Source of the DNA: a virus
IMG/VR virus record: IMGVR_UViG_3300022602_000039
Span: 1-64,000 of that record
Length of the DNA stretch: 64,000 nucleotides
Direction: 5' to 3' (one strand)
Shown here: positions 1 through 9,541 of the stretch, one piece after another
Numbering within the stretch: the first letter of the stretch is position 1
Layout: every line of letters begins with the position of its first letter
Notes under the pieces: generated by a model
What the model was told of the DNA's origin: nothing
Seen by the model: only the letters and a program-made list of their open reading frames with translations
Database searches by the model: none
Position numbers and translations under genes: made by a program

Positions 1-141
1 CATATAAAACCGACTAACACTTTTGATTTGACTGATATAAAACAACAAAAGCAATGCTTTCACTATACCAATCTAAGACCTCTTTGGGCCACAGATAACT
101 TATCTAGACCTAAGAATGGCAGTGATACTATCGATCGTTAA
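1..141 (+). CDS. 3' end of His-Me/HNH endonuclease (family copy 0, cut off by window edge)
   Basis: Frame 1 reads HIKPTNTFDLTDIKQQKQCFHYTNLRPLWATDNLSRPKNGSDTIDR*, the same C-terminal motif as 534..1349. Confidence 0.85.
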   Translation, partial: HIKPTNTFDLTDIKQQKQCFHYTNLRPLWATDNLSRPKNGSDTIDR

Positions 142-397
142 TAGCTTTGAGATTATCTTGATAGATTAGTAAAGCTTGAATAATAGCATCTAGATTGCAG
201 TTATCAAAAAGAATCTTTGTACAAGGTTGCGGATTCCTATCAAAGTGACACGGGTCAGTATCCTGGATAGCAAACTCTGACCAATCCTCAGGATTATCAT
301 AATGAGGTCGAATGTAAAGAATCTGATTACATTCGTGAGCATCATTCTCAAAAAGCTCGACTTGGACAGTACTTATAATTCTATTTCTAGTTCGCAT
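128..397 (-). CDS. Hypothetical protein, paralog of 9542..9817
   Basis: Start moved to MRTRN: TTGCTT-17bp-TACTAT promoter lies just upstream, and the longer ORF start runs through the ncRNA. Confidence 0.7.
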   Translation of the reverse strand: MRTRNRIISTVQVELFENDAHECNQILYIRPHYDNPEDWSEFAIQDTDPCHFDRNPQPCTKILFDNCNLDAIIQALLIYQDNLKAINDR

Positions 398-430
398 ACA
401 TACATAGTAATACATTTTCATTATGAAAGC

Positions 431-518
431 AAGAAAAAAAGGCCTCCGAAGCACTATTGTCTGTCATGAGCAATAAACTTACCTATAACTATGGTCACAG
501 GAAAGGTGCTTCGGAGGT
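431..518 (-). ncRNA. HNH-associated structured small RNA, copy 1
   Basis: Outer stem cctccgaagcac/gtgcttcggagg; inner hairpin with CAUA loop whose mismatches are G-U only on the minus strand; U-tract; 462-474 repeats 530-542. Confidence 0.7.
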
Positions 519-525
519 ATAAATA
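518..525 (+). promoter_or_regulatory. T4-like late promoter TATAAATA for the HNH gene
   Basis: Exact T4 late consensus 8 nt before the ATG; TAAATA is at the equivalent position in all family members. Confidence 0.6.
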
Positions 526-533
526 TATATGTC

Positions 534-1349
534 ATGAGCAATCAAACTACCACACAAGAACTCTCTAAAAATAATAAAAGTAAAGATAGAAATAGAGATT
601 ATTACTTACGTAATAAAGAGAAATTAGCAGCTGCAGCAAAAGAACGCTATATCAACAATAGAGAAAGCCGTTTAAAGTACGGTAAAGAATATTACTCAAA
701 AAATAGAGATAAACAAATAAAGTCTTCTACTGACTGTTATAAACGAAATAAAGAAAGACGCCTAGATCTAGCAAAAAAATGGTACCAACAAAATAGAGAT
801 GAGCAAAGAGCAGCTGCAATAGCTAATCATGAGAGAAATCGGGATAAACGTTTAGCACAAATGAAAATATACTGTGCTGAATATAAGAAATCCGGCAGAC
901 AGCGAGCGAAGCATAACGAATATTATAGTAGGAATAAAGAGCGAATTAAAGAATACACCCAAAATCACAGACTCGTTAATAAAGAAGAGATAAGCAAAAG
1001 ATTTAAATATAGGCGAACAAATGACTTACACTTTAAAATGGTTGGTATACTAAGATGTAGATTATTTGCAGCTTTAAGAAAACAAAAAACAAATAAAGAT
1101 ATCAAAACATTAGAATTATTAGGTTGTACTATTGAGGATTTTGTACAATATATTGAAAGACAATGGTTACCGGGTATGAACTGGGAAAACCATACAAGTA
1201 ACGGATGGCATATTGATCATATAAAACCATGCAACACGTTTGATCTAACCAATATAGAAGAGCAAAGGAAATGTTTTCATTATACTAATCTAAGACCTCT
1301 TTGGAGCTTTGATAATAGGTCAAGGCCGCATGATGGTAGCGATGTCTAA
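534..1349 (+). CDS. His-Me/HNH endonuclease with N-terminal 15-aa helical repeats
   Basis: GMNWEN-WHIDHIKPC-FDL-CFHYTNLRPLW motif; Y..N(K/R)E repeats. Confidence 0.85.
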   Translation: MSNQTTTQELSKNNKSKDRNRDYYLRNKEKLAAAAKERYINNRESRLKYGKEYYSKNRDKQIKSSTDCYKRNKERRLDLAKKWYQQNRDEQRAAAIANHERNRDKRLAQMKIYCAEYKKSGRQRAKHNEYYSRNKERIKEYTQNHRLVNKEEISKRFKYRRTNDLHFKMVGILRCRLFAALRKQKTNKDIKTLELLGCTIEDFVQYIERQWLPGMNWENHTSNGWHIDHIKPCNTFDLTNIEEQRKCFHYTNLRPLWSFDNRSRPHDGSDV

Positions 1350-1355
1350 AACACT

Positions 1356-1739
1356 TCAAGCTTCTTCTGAAAGAACCTTTTGAGCACAAGCTATGGCATC
1401 ATCAAGGTTATCAAACTCTTGACAATTTACAATCCACTTTGAAGGCTTTCTTCCTCTTCCTGCTACCTCTCTTCCACAATTATCAAGGATAAGAATCTCA
1501 CCAAGAGAAAACACAGGAAGTCTTACATCAATAATATCTTCTTTCGAGAGACCATCATTCTCTTCATCATCATAGACATCATAGAACCTATAAGCTTTGT
1601 AACCACAAGCATTAGCCATAGTCATATTATCTTCTTCTTTTTTTCTGTCTCTTACAAGAAGATCATCATACTTGTTCCCATCTTCGATATGCTTAGGAAC
1701 CCAAGTAATAACTCCAAATGTGTAATCTTTATTCTTCAT
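1356..1739 (-). CDS. Hypothetical protein, paralog of 14602..14976
   Basis: Near-identical translation; type-B promoter upstream. Confidence 0.75.
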   Translation of the reverse strand: MKNKDYTFGVITWVPKHIEDGNKYDDLLVRDRKKEEDNMTMANACGYKAYRFYDVYDDEENDGLSKEDIIDVRLPVFSLGEILILDNCGREVAGRGRKPSKWIVNCQEFDNLDDAIACAQKVLSEEA

Positions 1740-1744
1740 GCCTT

Positions 1745-1775
1745 TATACTATATGGATCCTTAGGACACTTCAAG
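1745..1775 (-). promoter_or_regulatory. Type-B repeated early promoter (TTGAAG-tgtcctaaggatccata-TAGTAT)
   Basis: 17-bp spacer, ATG a few nt after -10; copies near 5303-5333, 14360-14385, 14575-14606, 14980-15011. Confidence 0.7.
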
Positions 1776-2265
1776 CTTCTTCTTCTCCAAAGAACTTTAG
1801 ACCTTTGAGTTCTGCTAATGACTTTGCTGCTTGCTTTACTATTATAGTATTAAAAGATTCATCTTCAGCCTTTCCATATCTAAGATAAAGAGCTTGGAAC
1901 AGAGTTGCCAATCGAATAGCTTCATCTCTCTGTTCTTCTACTTTCTTCAACTCATCTCTCTCTTTAAGATACTTCAAACAGATTTGAGGAACAAACCTAC
2001 CAAGATCCTCTACTTCAGCATTCAAGTTAATATAATCAGAGACTTCATTCCACTGATTCATGACCTTTAGAGCTTCTTCTTTCCATTGTCTTAGCTCTTT
2101 ATTTGCATCTCTCAGATCATTAATCTCCCTCTCATCCTCTTGAGTCTTTACCCACAGAGCATCTTTCTCTAGCTTCAAAGCTTCAAACTGTTCAACAAAA
2201 CTCTTCATCTCTTGAACATCTTTTTTGATCTGTTTATGATCTTCTTTAATAAAATTGTGAATCAT
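1771..2265 (-). CDS. Coiled-coil hypothetical protein, chimera of 15933..16319 (N-term) and 15008..15808 (C-term)
   Basis: Segments match both genes, with the crossover in ALWVKTQEDEREIN. Confidence 0.75.
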   Translation of the reverse strand: MIHNFIKEDHKQIKKDVQEMKSFVEQFEALKLEKDALWVKTQEDEREINDLRDANKELRQWKEEALKVMNQWNEVSDYINLNAEVEDLGRFVPQICLKYLKERDELKKVEEQRDEAIRLATLFQALYLRYGKAEDESFNTIIVKQAAKSLAELKGLKFFGEEEA

Positions 2266-2274
2266 TATTACAGT

Positions 2275-2526
2275 CTATAGAGATTCTAAGGACAATTCAA
2301 GCTTTTTAATTTTATCCCTTAACTCTTTATTTACATCTCTCAGATCATTTATAATCCTCTCATCCTCTTGAGTTTTGACCCACAGAGCATCTCTTTCCAG
2401 CTGAACATCCTTTAGAGTCTTTGTCAATACAGACACAGACAACTCCAAATCAATATCATCATTCATATTCTTTATAGTCTCTGCTCCTCTAAGGATTTGA
2501 TTTATCTTATCTTGGTATCCAATCAT
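2275..2526 (-). CDS. Hypothetical protein with MIGYQDKINQ module and ALWVKTQED module
   Basis: ORF track; modules shared with 3948..4385 and 15008..15808. Confidence 0.6.
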   Translation of the reverse strand: MIGYQDKINQILRGAETIKNMNDDIDLELSVSVLTKTLKDVQLERDALWVKTQEDERIINDLRDVNKELRDKIKKLELSLESL

Positions 2527-2527
2527 A

Positions 2528-2764
2528 TTAATACCCCATATTAAGCTCTTGTGCCTGTTTAGTTAACTCATTTAAAGATTGCTTCTTTAGAATTCTCTCA
2601 AACCTATCCCAATCTGTCTCATAGATTCCAGAACCTCCATCCTCTCTTACTAGAACAGTTTGACCATAAATGAAGCTACACCAGAGTTTCTTCTCAACAT
2701 CATTGAGGATGCTGAAGATGTCTTCTTCTCTATAATGAGGATAGGGTTCTTTAATGAGTTCCAT
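2528..2764 (-). CDS. Hypothetical protein sharing the C-terminal ELTKQAQEL.MGY with 28718..28990
   Basis: ORF track comparison. Confidence 0.65.
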   Translation of the reverse strand: MELIKEPYPHYREEDIFSILNDVEKKLWCSFIYGQTVLVREDGGSGIYETDWDRFERILKKQSLNELTKQAQELNMGY

Positions 2765-2915
2765 TTTAGATATGCTTAAAACAAATTACTTCACCAGAGA
2801 TCAGATAATAGACATAGAGTGCTGCAATAGTTGCAATGACTGTATAAAAAAGGTTTTTAAGTTGTTTCATAATCTTATTATATATGCTTTAGGAGGAGGT
2901 GTCAAGAAAAGAATT

Positions 2916-3028
2916 TTTACTAAAATCTATTGTTTTTACTGATGAGTAAAAATTCATGTTTTCAGTAAACAATAAACTAGTTATATCACAGTAAACTAGG
3001 TAGATTTACTGTTACAAAGAGATTTACT
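2916..3028. repeat. Cluster of seven AGTAAA/TTTACT motifs in an intergenic AT-rich stretch
   Basis: TTTACT at 2916, 2935, 3005, 3023; AGTAAA at 2945, 2964, 2990. Confidence 0.45.
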
Positions 3029-3029
3029 A

Positions 3030-3254
3030 TTAAATTTCCTTTAATTGTTTGAGAATTTCTTTTTCTCTGTCCATAAGATCTTTCTTCTTTTTTAAGACTG
3101 CACTTGGACTGATGGAAAAATCTGCATCATGTGATGGATTTTTAAGCATCTTAAGCTTACTTTTTATCTGCATTAACTCACTATGTAAATCAGTCTTATT
3201 AGTAGATTCCATAATACTCTCAACTAAATCATCAAACTTCATATTATTTTTCAT
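3030..3254 (-). CDS. Small protein with MKFDDLVE motif (possible internal head protein)
   Basis: N-terminal motif shared with several late genes. Confidence 0.6.
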   Translation of the reverse strand: MKNNMKFDDLVESIMESTNKTDLHSELMQIKSKLKMLKNPSHDADFSISPSAVLKKKKDLMDREKEILKQLKEI

Positions 3255-3290
3255 AATCTTATTCTATATGCTTTAGGAGGAGGTGTCAAG
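3252..3290 (-). promoter_or_regulatory. Type-A repeated early promoter (TTGACA-cctcctcctaaagcata-TAGAAT-aagatt-ATG)
   Basis: Consensus -35, 17-bp spacer, near-consensus -10; copies near 2868, 3680, 4516, 6042, 11463, 15912, 16540, 17180, 17377, 21180, 23627. Confidence 0.85.
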
Positions 3291-3675
3291 CTTTTTCTTC
3301 AAACTTTCTGGTATTGACAACTGTGTGCTGTGCATTAGCTAATTGCTTTTCAATTTCAAGTCTCATTTTTGCTTCTTTATCAGCACCTTTAACTTTTTGC
3401 TTTTCTGCTTCTTCTAAATCTTTAACACTTATCCACTCAGCCTCTACACCATAATCCCAACCATCTCTATATCCAGCTTCATATCCTTTTATCCAGATAC
3501 TATATTTTAACCAAGGCATTCTAAAACCAAATTCTATAGGTCCAATTTTAAATAATCCAAAATTTGCATACCTAGTATAGTGACATTCAAACTCCACTTT
3601 ATCGGTAATGATGTTCTTAAAACCAGCCCACTTAAAAGTGAATAATGGTGATTTATGTAATTCAAATTTATTCAT
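3286..3675 (-). CDS. Hypothetical protein
   Basis: Start moved to MNKFE behind a type-A promoter; the stop is the TGA inside the next -35 box. Confidence 0.65.
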   Translation of the reverse strand: MNKFELHKSPLFTFKWAGFKNIITDKVEFECHYTRYANFGLFKIGPIEFGFRMPWLKYSIWIKGYEAGYRDGWDYGVEAEWISVKDLEEAEKQKVKGADKEAKMRLEIEKQLANAQHTVVNTRKFEEKA

Positions 3676-3947
3676 TGTTCCTATGGTATATGTTTTAGGA
3701 GGAGATGTCAAGCTTCTTTATGATAATTTCAAAGATATCTTCGTAACTTGGTGTATCAATAAAAAACGAATTTGCTTTATCGCCTTTTCTGTATACAAAA
3801 GTGCTTGATTGATGACAATCACATAAAGTGTCAAAAATCAATTCTTTTATATCCTCTTCAGTAAATTTGTTTTCTTCGTTCATAATCTTATTTTTTAGAA
3901 GGAGGTGACAAGAAAAATATTAAAAGGTATATTCAAAATGCCTTAAA

Positions 3948-4385
3948 CTACTCATTGTGGTTGTTTTCTTTGCTGTCAATATACTTTATAATCAATTCTC
4001 TTATTGCATCATCTGTACCTTTGCAAAGCTCTAAAATATCTTCATCAAGGTCTTCTCTATTATTTCTTTTGATACTGTTGTCTTTAGAAATCTCTTGTTC
4101 CATATTGTTTCTTTCTGTGTATAATTTGTACCACTTCTCATTCAGCTCTGGATCAATAGCATTTCCATATTCAAGAGCATCTATAATAGCATTAAAATCT
4201 CCATGACCAGCAGCATTAGCTATAGTCTCCAATGCATCAATAATCTTATTTTCATATATTTTATCCATAGCAACCTTATTATAGTGCTCCTTATCTTCTT
4301 CTGTTAAATTAGGTCTATTTGTCATATTCTTTATAGTTTCTGCTCCTCTAAGGATTTGATTTATCTTATCTTGGTATCCAATCAT
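3948..4385 (-). CDS. Hypothetical protein with MIGYQDKINQ module
   Basis: ORF track. Confidence 0.6.
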   Translation of the reverse strand: MIGYQDKINQILRGAETIKNMTNRPNLTEEDKEHYNKVAMDKIYENKIIDALETIANAAGHGDFNAIIDALEYGNAIDPELNEKWYKLYTERNNMEQEISKDNSIKRNNREDLDEDILELCKGTDDAIRELIIKYIDSKENNHNE

Positions 4386-4549
4386 GGTATTAATGAGTTA
4401 AAAATTTCCAATAGGCTAATGCTTTGATTAATTGAAAAGTAATTCCAATAAAAACTAATAAAAAAAGAACAGTCAATACAAATGATATATGTATAATGTC
4501 TTTGGTACTCTTCTTCATATTCTTATTCTATATGCTTTAGGAGGAGGTG

Positions 4550-5020
4550 TCAAGATCTAAATTGTTGAACACCAAATTTAGCTTCTTTAAGTTCTTTTAA
4601 AAATCTTGGATGAATATAACTAATTGATTTGTCTGGATAACATGATTCATCCTCATACTCTGCTCCACATTCAAAACAATAAGGAATTAAGTATTTGGTT
4701 TTAGATTCTAGTTTTTTGATTTCTTCCTTAAGTTCTGTATTCTCTTTTATAAGAGTCTTTCTGTCATATTCAAGTTCATGAACACTACATTGAGCACCAA
4801 ACTTTGAATTATCTAGTTCTTTCTTAAGCCTTTCAATTTCCTTTTCAAGCTCAATATTCTTGAAAATAGATTTAACAATGGCTTCTGCATATTGTTCTAA
4901 TTTATTCTTATCTCTAGACATCATATCACACTCTTTTTTTATAATTTCTATGATAGCATCATCAATATTTTTAGTTAAAAATAGAATTTCTTCATCCAGT
5001 TGATCAGTTTTGTTGTTCAT
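4550..5020 (-). CDS. Coiled-coil hypothetical protein
   Basis: ORF track, ATG start at MNNK; ends in a promoter -35 TGA. Confidence 0.6.
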   Translation of the reverse strand: MNNKTDQLDEEILFLTKNIDDAIIEIIKKECDMMSRDKNKLEQYAEAIVKSIFKNIELEKEIERLKKELDNSKFGAQCSVHELEYDRKTLIKENTELKEEIKKLESKTKYLIPYCFECGAEYEDESCYPDKSISYIHPRFLKELKEAKFGVQQFRS

Positions 5021-5150
5021 ATTTTGGGAATGTGGCAAACAATCTCAGCAAAAATCCAAGCCGATCCAGCGATAAGAAACATAATTATCGACGCTGTAAG
5101 AGCAAGGACAATAGCCCCGCCGCAAAAGGTTAAAAAATTTTTCATTTTTT

Positions 5151-5297
5151 TTACACTATCTTTCTCCAAGAAGTGATGATATTTGTAACTTTTTTATATT
5201 TTATACCATCAATGATGACCTCTTTTGCATCACCAGCGATCATCTGAAAATCATCTTCACAGAATTCCTTATGGGTTGCATCTATTTTCTTTTTCAT
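5151..5297 (-). CDS. 48-aa protein (CEDDFQ..IIDG.KYKKVT..ITSWRKI domain)
   Basis: Hand translation; same domain ends 6076..6387 and 23660..23902; type-B promoter upstream. Confidence 0.65.
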   Translation of the reverse strand: MKKKIDATHKEFCEDDFQMIAGDAKEVIIDGIKYKKVTNIITSWRKIV

Positions 5298-5334
5298 ACC
5301 TTTATACTATATGGATCCTTAGGACACTTCAAGC

Positions 5335-5544
5335 TTAATAATCCCCTGCATCAAGTTCTTCATCCTTTCCTTCAAGACAAATACTATCAATCTTTACAGG
5401 TGCATCATAGACATAATCCTTAGCTAACTCTCTCAAGAGTCTAAAACAAGCTTTACCTAATTCTGGGCCTTTAATATCATCATCAACATCCATCACTTCA
5501 TCCATCTCAATGACAACTCTACCTTGTATTCGAATTGATTTCAT
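5335..5544 (-). CDS. Hypothetical protein, paralog of 14373..14570
   Basis: MKSIRIQGRVVIE vs MKAIRVQGRVVIE. Confidence 0.7.
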   Translation of the reverse strand: MKSIRIQGRVVIEMDEVMDVDDDIKGPELGKACFRLLRELAKDYVYDAPVKIDSICLEGKDEELDAGDY

Positions 5545-6075
5545 ATTAATAAAGATTCTCTAGTCCCCAAGGATCATCTTTTGAATTCCATAAAGGAATC
5601 GAATCATATTCTTCTTTAGTCATATTATTTTAATAGAGTTCTATTGATGTTTTTCAATCTCTTCATTCAACCATTCCACTTGTAAAGATAAAAAATCTAC
5701 ATATTCTTTACTTGTAATTTTTTCATTTGCAAAAAGCTCATAAACAGGAGCTATAGCATCTTCAATCTGGGTACTAACATTATCAAATACTTTTGTAAAT
5801 TGTTTATTCATGATTTTTATATTCTATATGCCTAACTCATTTTTTCTACATATGTATGATAATACTCTAACAAATTAAGATATTGCTTTGAGCTATAATT
5901 GTATTTGTCATTGATTGGTACAATTATAAAATTGAAGTCTTTAAACTTAACAGCTTTTTTAAAGTATTCTTCAAATTCAGTTAAAGCAATGTCAGTTAAT
6001 TTTAATATTGATTGTTTTGTTATGTCTGTTAGTATTTCATTCATAATCTTATTCTATATGCTTTAGGAGGAGGTG

Positions 6076-6387
6076 TCAAGAAATCTTTCTCCAAGAAGTA
6101 ATTGTCTGAGTAACCTTTTTGTATTTGACTCCATCAATGATAACCTCATTAACATCTCCAGAAATGATTCTTTGAAAATCGTCCTCACAGATGTATTCTG
6201 ATTTGATTTCCTTTTTAGGTTTATCCACAGCATTACCATAGACCTTAGCATGACCATAGACCAGAGCATTACCATAGACCTTAGCATTACCATAGACCCT
6301 ATCATTACCATAGACCCAAGCATCACCAGAGACCTCAGCATTACCATAGACCCAAGCATCACCAGAGACCCTATGATGGTTCCGATA
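6076..6387 (-). pseudogene. Start-less fragment of a hexapeptide-repeat (VYGNAK) protein
   Basis: 18-bp tandem repeats read RVSGDAWVYGNAEVSGDAWVYGN...; C-terminus nearly identical to 23660..23902; no start codon after the upstream TAA. Confidence 0.7.
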
Positions 6388-6852
6388 TTATGTGAATATA
6401 AGACGCTTAACCGATGCTTTGCAGTTAACCGCATACGGGCAATCCCTGCAAGCTCTATTATTATTGAGATAGATATCAGGTCGAATGCATGTGCCATTTT
6501 CCGTGCATTTAGTTACTTGCTCCGGTGAATCCTTTAAAAAGACCTCACGAGAAACATATGGTTTGAGAGTTGGAATACTATAGATAACCTCTCCCTGTTC
6601 GTTAGTCTTCTTGTGAAGCTTAACCTTCCGAACCTTCTTCTCCTTGATAGGTTTTGCAGGCTTGGAAGCACTAATACACTTCCGACACTTAAACTCGTCG
6701 AGAAGACTCCAAAGAGTACCGAACTTTTTAATCCGATTCTCGAGATTACTTCCGAACATCGTAACGTCGGTTTCGCATTTATTGCACTGAATCTTCTTAT
6801 TGATAAGATGACCGGTCTTCAGGAAGTGTTCTTGTTGTTCTTTATTTTTCAT
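6388..6852 (-). CDS. Cys-rich (zinc-binding) hypothetical protein
   Basis: Three CxxC motifs; TTGTAA-17-TAATAA type promoter upstream. Confidence 0.7.
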   Translation of the reverse strand: MKNKEQQEHFLKTGHLINKKIQCNKCETDVTMFGSNLENRIKKFGTLWSLLDEFKCRKCISASKPAKPIKEKKVRKVKLHKKTNEQGEVIYSIPTLKPYVSREVFLKDSPEQVTKCTENGTCIRPDIYLNNNRACRDCPYAVNCKASVKRLIFT

Positions 6853-7368
6853 ACTATTATTATGGCTGGGTTAAAAGGAAATTACAAGCAAATTATTGAA
6901 TGATTCTCTCGGCATCCATCAAGCGCTGCTCCCTAATGGAACGAAGTGCCCAGGTTGTATCTTTCAGAACATCGATTGTCAAATTAAGAGACTTCTTTAG
7001 ATCTTCAATCTCTTGATAAAGAGCCTCAATTTCTGCAGCAACAGCAGGGTTAATCAATGCTCCTTCGTGGGTGTGCTTAATTTTCATACACCTATTATGG
7101 ATAAGATTAAAGGAAGTAGCAAGCAAATATTTTGTTCTTGCGTACAAATAGAATTCCTATACCATATTTGAATATGGAAGAAATATTTCTAGGTCTACTT
7201 TGTTTTGTAGCTGTTCTAGCGATTGCACGTTATTGTTAATAAGTAAATTATTATGCAATTTCTTCATCTAATTCACGATAAATTTCAAACCGGGTTAGCT
7301 ACAGGATTAGCTGCTGCTATTGTTTACCTGTGCTTCAGTACCTGGGGTAGATGGTCTGACGAATAAAC

Positions 7369-7444
7369 TGGCTACGAGAGAAGGGTTTGAACCTTCAACC
7401 ACCAAATCCAAATTTTGGGGCTCTACCAATTGAGCTATCTCGTA
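7369..7444 (-). tRNA. tRNA-Gln(TTG)
   Basis: Acceptor tacgaga/tctcgta, G73, CCA, anticodon stem ccaaa/tttgg. Confidence 0.85.
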
Positions 7445-7529
7445 TTAAATTGTACAGGGTTTGTTTTTATCTCGTTGGCCTGATCCTGTGTTTGCCCTTC
7501 AGTTGGGTGCGACCCAAACATCTCTAAAT

Positions 7530-7605
7530 TGGCTGCCGAGGTAGGGATCGAACCTACGACCATGGTCTTAACAGGACCCCGCTACTACCGCTGAGCTACT
7601 CGGCA
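7530..7605 (-). tRNA. tRNA-Asn(GTT)
   Basis: Cloverleaf, loop ctGTTaa, CCA. Confidence 0.92.
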
Positions 7606-7910
7606 TTATAAATTAATTTCGTTGCTTCCTATCCTCTACCTTTTTTCTAGACTCCTTAGGTACAGTGTTAAGCATAATCTTCTTATTAAGCTTCTCTTCA
7701 GCTACAATAGCATTCCACTCCTCGTCCTTAAGTCCTTTTGGTCTATTGGCAAGGGTCTTATTAACGTTAAAAGCTTTAGAAGCGCGGGTAATAGAAAGGT
7801 TAGGCCAGAAGTGCATGATGTCAATATATTAGCATCAAATTGATAGATAATCAACTCTAAAAATAAACAAACCTATTAGAAATAAACAGCTCTAATCGTT
7901 GTCTGTGATT

Positions 7911-8300
7911 TTAGCTAGACCATTGCTCCGTTGGTAATACTGGCCAATTCGGACTTGTTATAGGATTAACAGCTAAGGATCTTACAGCTGAGCGATAGGT
8001 TAGAAACTCTGCTTGATTAGTTAGTTTAGGTGATCCTGTTGTGATGTCAGATAACGTTACCCAATCAGTTGCTGCTAATAAGCTCTGTGCTTTTGTCTTA
8101 CAAGCTGCTAATTGTTCTGCTTCAATTGCAGCATCATAAGCTGCAGCATCATAATTAATAACACCGTCTACAAGAGTTAAATAAGGATATTGACTAAAGG
8201 CATATGTATCAGAGATCTTTACAGCGTCAGCTGGAATCAGACTGATTTGTGTTTCGTCAAATCCCCATAATTTATTATTTGTGTCAATGTAATGATTCAT
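7911..8300 (-). CDS. Putative tail fibre assembly chaperone
   Basis: LLAATDW...YRSAVRSL...WPVLP motif; directly downstream of a fibre-like gene. Confidence 0.7.
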   Translation of the reverse strand: MNHYIDTNNKLWGFDETQISLIPADAVKISDTYAFSQYPYLTLVDGVINYDAAAYDAAIEAEQLAACKTKAQSLLAATDWVTLSDITTGSPKLTNQAEFLTYRSAVRSLAVNPITSPNWPVLPTEQWSS

Positions 8301-8303
8301 AAA

Positions 8304-8984
8304 TTAACGAAGTTCATACCAATTACTAAACCCAGGCGTTTGAGAGGTCGTGATACTGTATGTACCACCTGCAGGTACAATAGCTGAAGTTGTAGATACG
8401 GGGTAGTAGGCATTAGACGATGATGTTACCCCAACAGTTACACCGTTTACAACTAAGATGAATCCCGCGCTCGCCGCTGCCGGTGATGTAACATTTACCA
8501 TAATTGGTCTATTTGTTGAATTAGTATACGTAGTATTTCGTGCTCTACTAGATGTTACATCTTGCCACGATTGAACTGAAGAGCCAATAGGAGCAGATGA
8601 TAATGTACTGCTATCGGAAAAGGTTATCCCTGCAGAACCAAAAGACATATACGTTGTATTACCTGCAATTGTTTGAATATAAATGGCGCCGGTATTACTC
8701 GGAATTCGTAAAGCAAGATTTGTTTGATCGCCAAAAAACCCTGTATTAACAATTCCGATTCCTGCAGTAGATCCAAATAATCCAGATCCACTAGATTGCA
8801 GTGTAGTTATATTAATAGCACCAGCACTTAAACTCGCACTACTCAAATTAGTTATGGTTGCAGTATTGGTATTTAAACTCGTAGTTGTCAGGTTACCAAA
8901 TGCGTTAACGGTCGCAGCTGTTGTACCATTAACTAGGATATATCCCTGAGGAGCTGTTTGATCTGCTTGTAAGGAAATTGACAT
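8304..8984 (-). CDS. Tail fibre-like virion protein
   Basis: Ser/Thr/Gly-rich; C-terminal WQDVTSSRARNTTYTNSTNRPIMV motif typical of phage fibres; TAAATA upstream. Confidence 0.65.
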   Translation of the reverse strand: MSISLQADQTAPQGYILVNGTTAATVNAFGNLTTTSLNTNTATITNLSSASLSAGAINITTLQSSGSGLFGSTAGIGIVNTGFFGDQTNLALRIPSNTGAIYIQTIAGNTTYMSFGSAGITFSDSSTLSSAPIGSSVQSWQDVTSSRARNTTYTNSTNRPIMVNVTSPAAASAGFILVVNGVTVGVTSSSNAYYPVSTTSAIVPAGGTYSITTSQTPGFSNWYELR

Positions 8985-9309
8985 ACTATACGTTTATTTA
9001 TCATAAAACATATAGTTTTCAATATATGTTTATTAAGAAAAACTCTTAGCACCTTCTGCTAGAGCTTGGCCGATGGAGGAATAGAAGAGATTCATCTCTG
9101 CTTCATCATAAACCATATAGAACCCTTTGCAAACCTGATCGGCTTTATCCTTAGCTGCATTTATACCAGAGCCAGCGAACGTTTTACCATCTTCGAGTGT
9201 TCTAATCCAATCAGGAAACTCACCAAGATAAGTACAAAACATAGGTTTTTCATACTTGTCAGTAGTAACAGCGTAGTAGTTCTTTTTAATTGTATACTCA
9301 ATACTCATA

Positions 9310-9540
9310 TTATTTCTTTGCTACTCTCTTTACTGGCTTATTAGGATGCTTCTTAATATCCCACCAAATTGCTATAATAGGCACTCCAATAACAAGGAAA
9401 GGTATAACAACAAAAAAGATCAAACAAAGAGACATAGAATAACTACAATCCACAGGAGGTGTTACAGTAATATGACCATGATGAACAACAGGTTTATTGT
9501 CGCCACCTAACACCGAAGACCAAAAAATATATTGAAGCAT
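9310..9540 (-). CDS. Small membrane protein
   Basis: One hydrophobic helix followed by a basic tail. Confidence 0.55.
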   Translation of the reverse strand: MLQYIFWSSVLGGDNKPVVHHGHITVTPPVDCSYSMSLCLIFFVVIPFLVIGVPIIAIWWDIKKHPNKPVKRVAKK

Positions 9541-9541
9541 A

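Noticed and set aside
441-517. HNH-associated element as a hammerhead ribozyme (CTG..ATGA and GAAA on the plus strand)
   Set aside because: The core has two extra bases and a long linker before the hairpin, the ATGA is explained by the start-codon match, and wobble pairs support the minus strand.
534-1349. IscB/HEARO, TnpB or TIGR-Tas assignment
   Set aside because: No RuvC, PLMP or Nop motifs are visible; the RNA is short, single-unit and divergent.
6063-6528. ORFs 6063..6497 (-) and 6250..6528 (+)
   Set aside because: They are alternative frames of the 18-bp repeat; the VYGNAK frame matches a paralogous domain.
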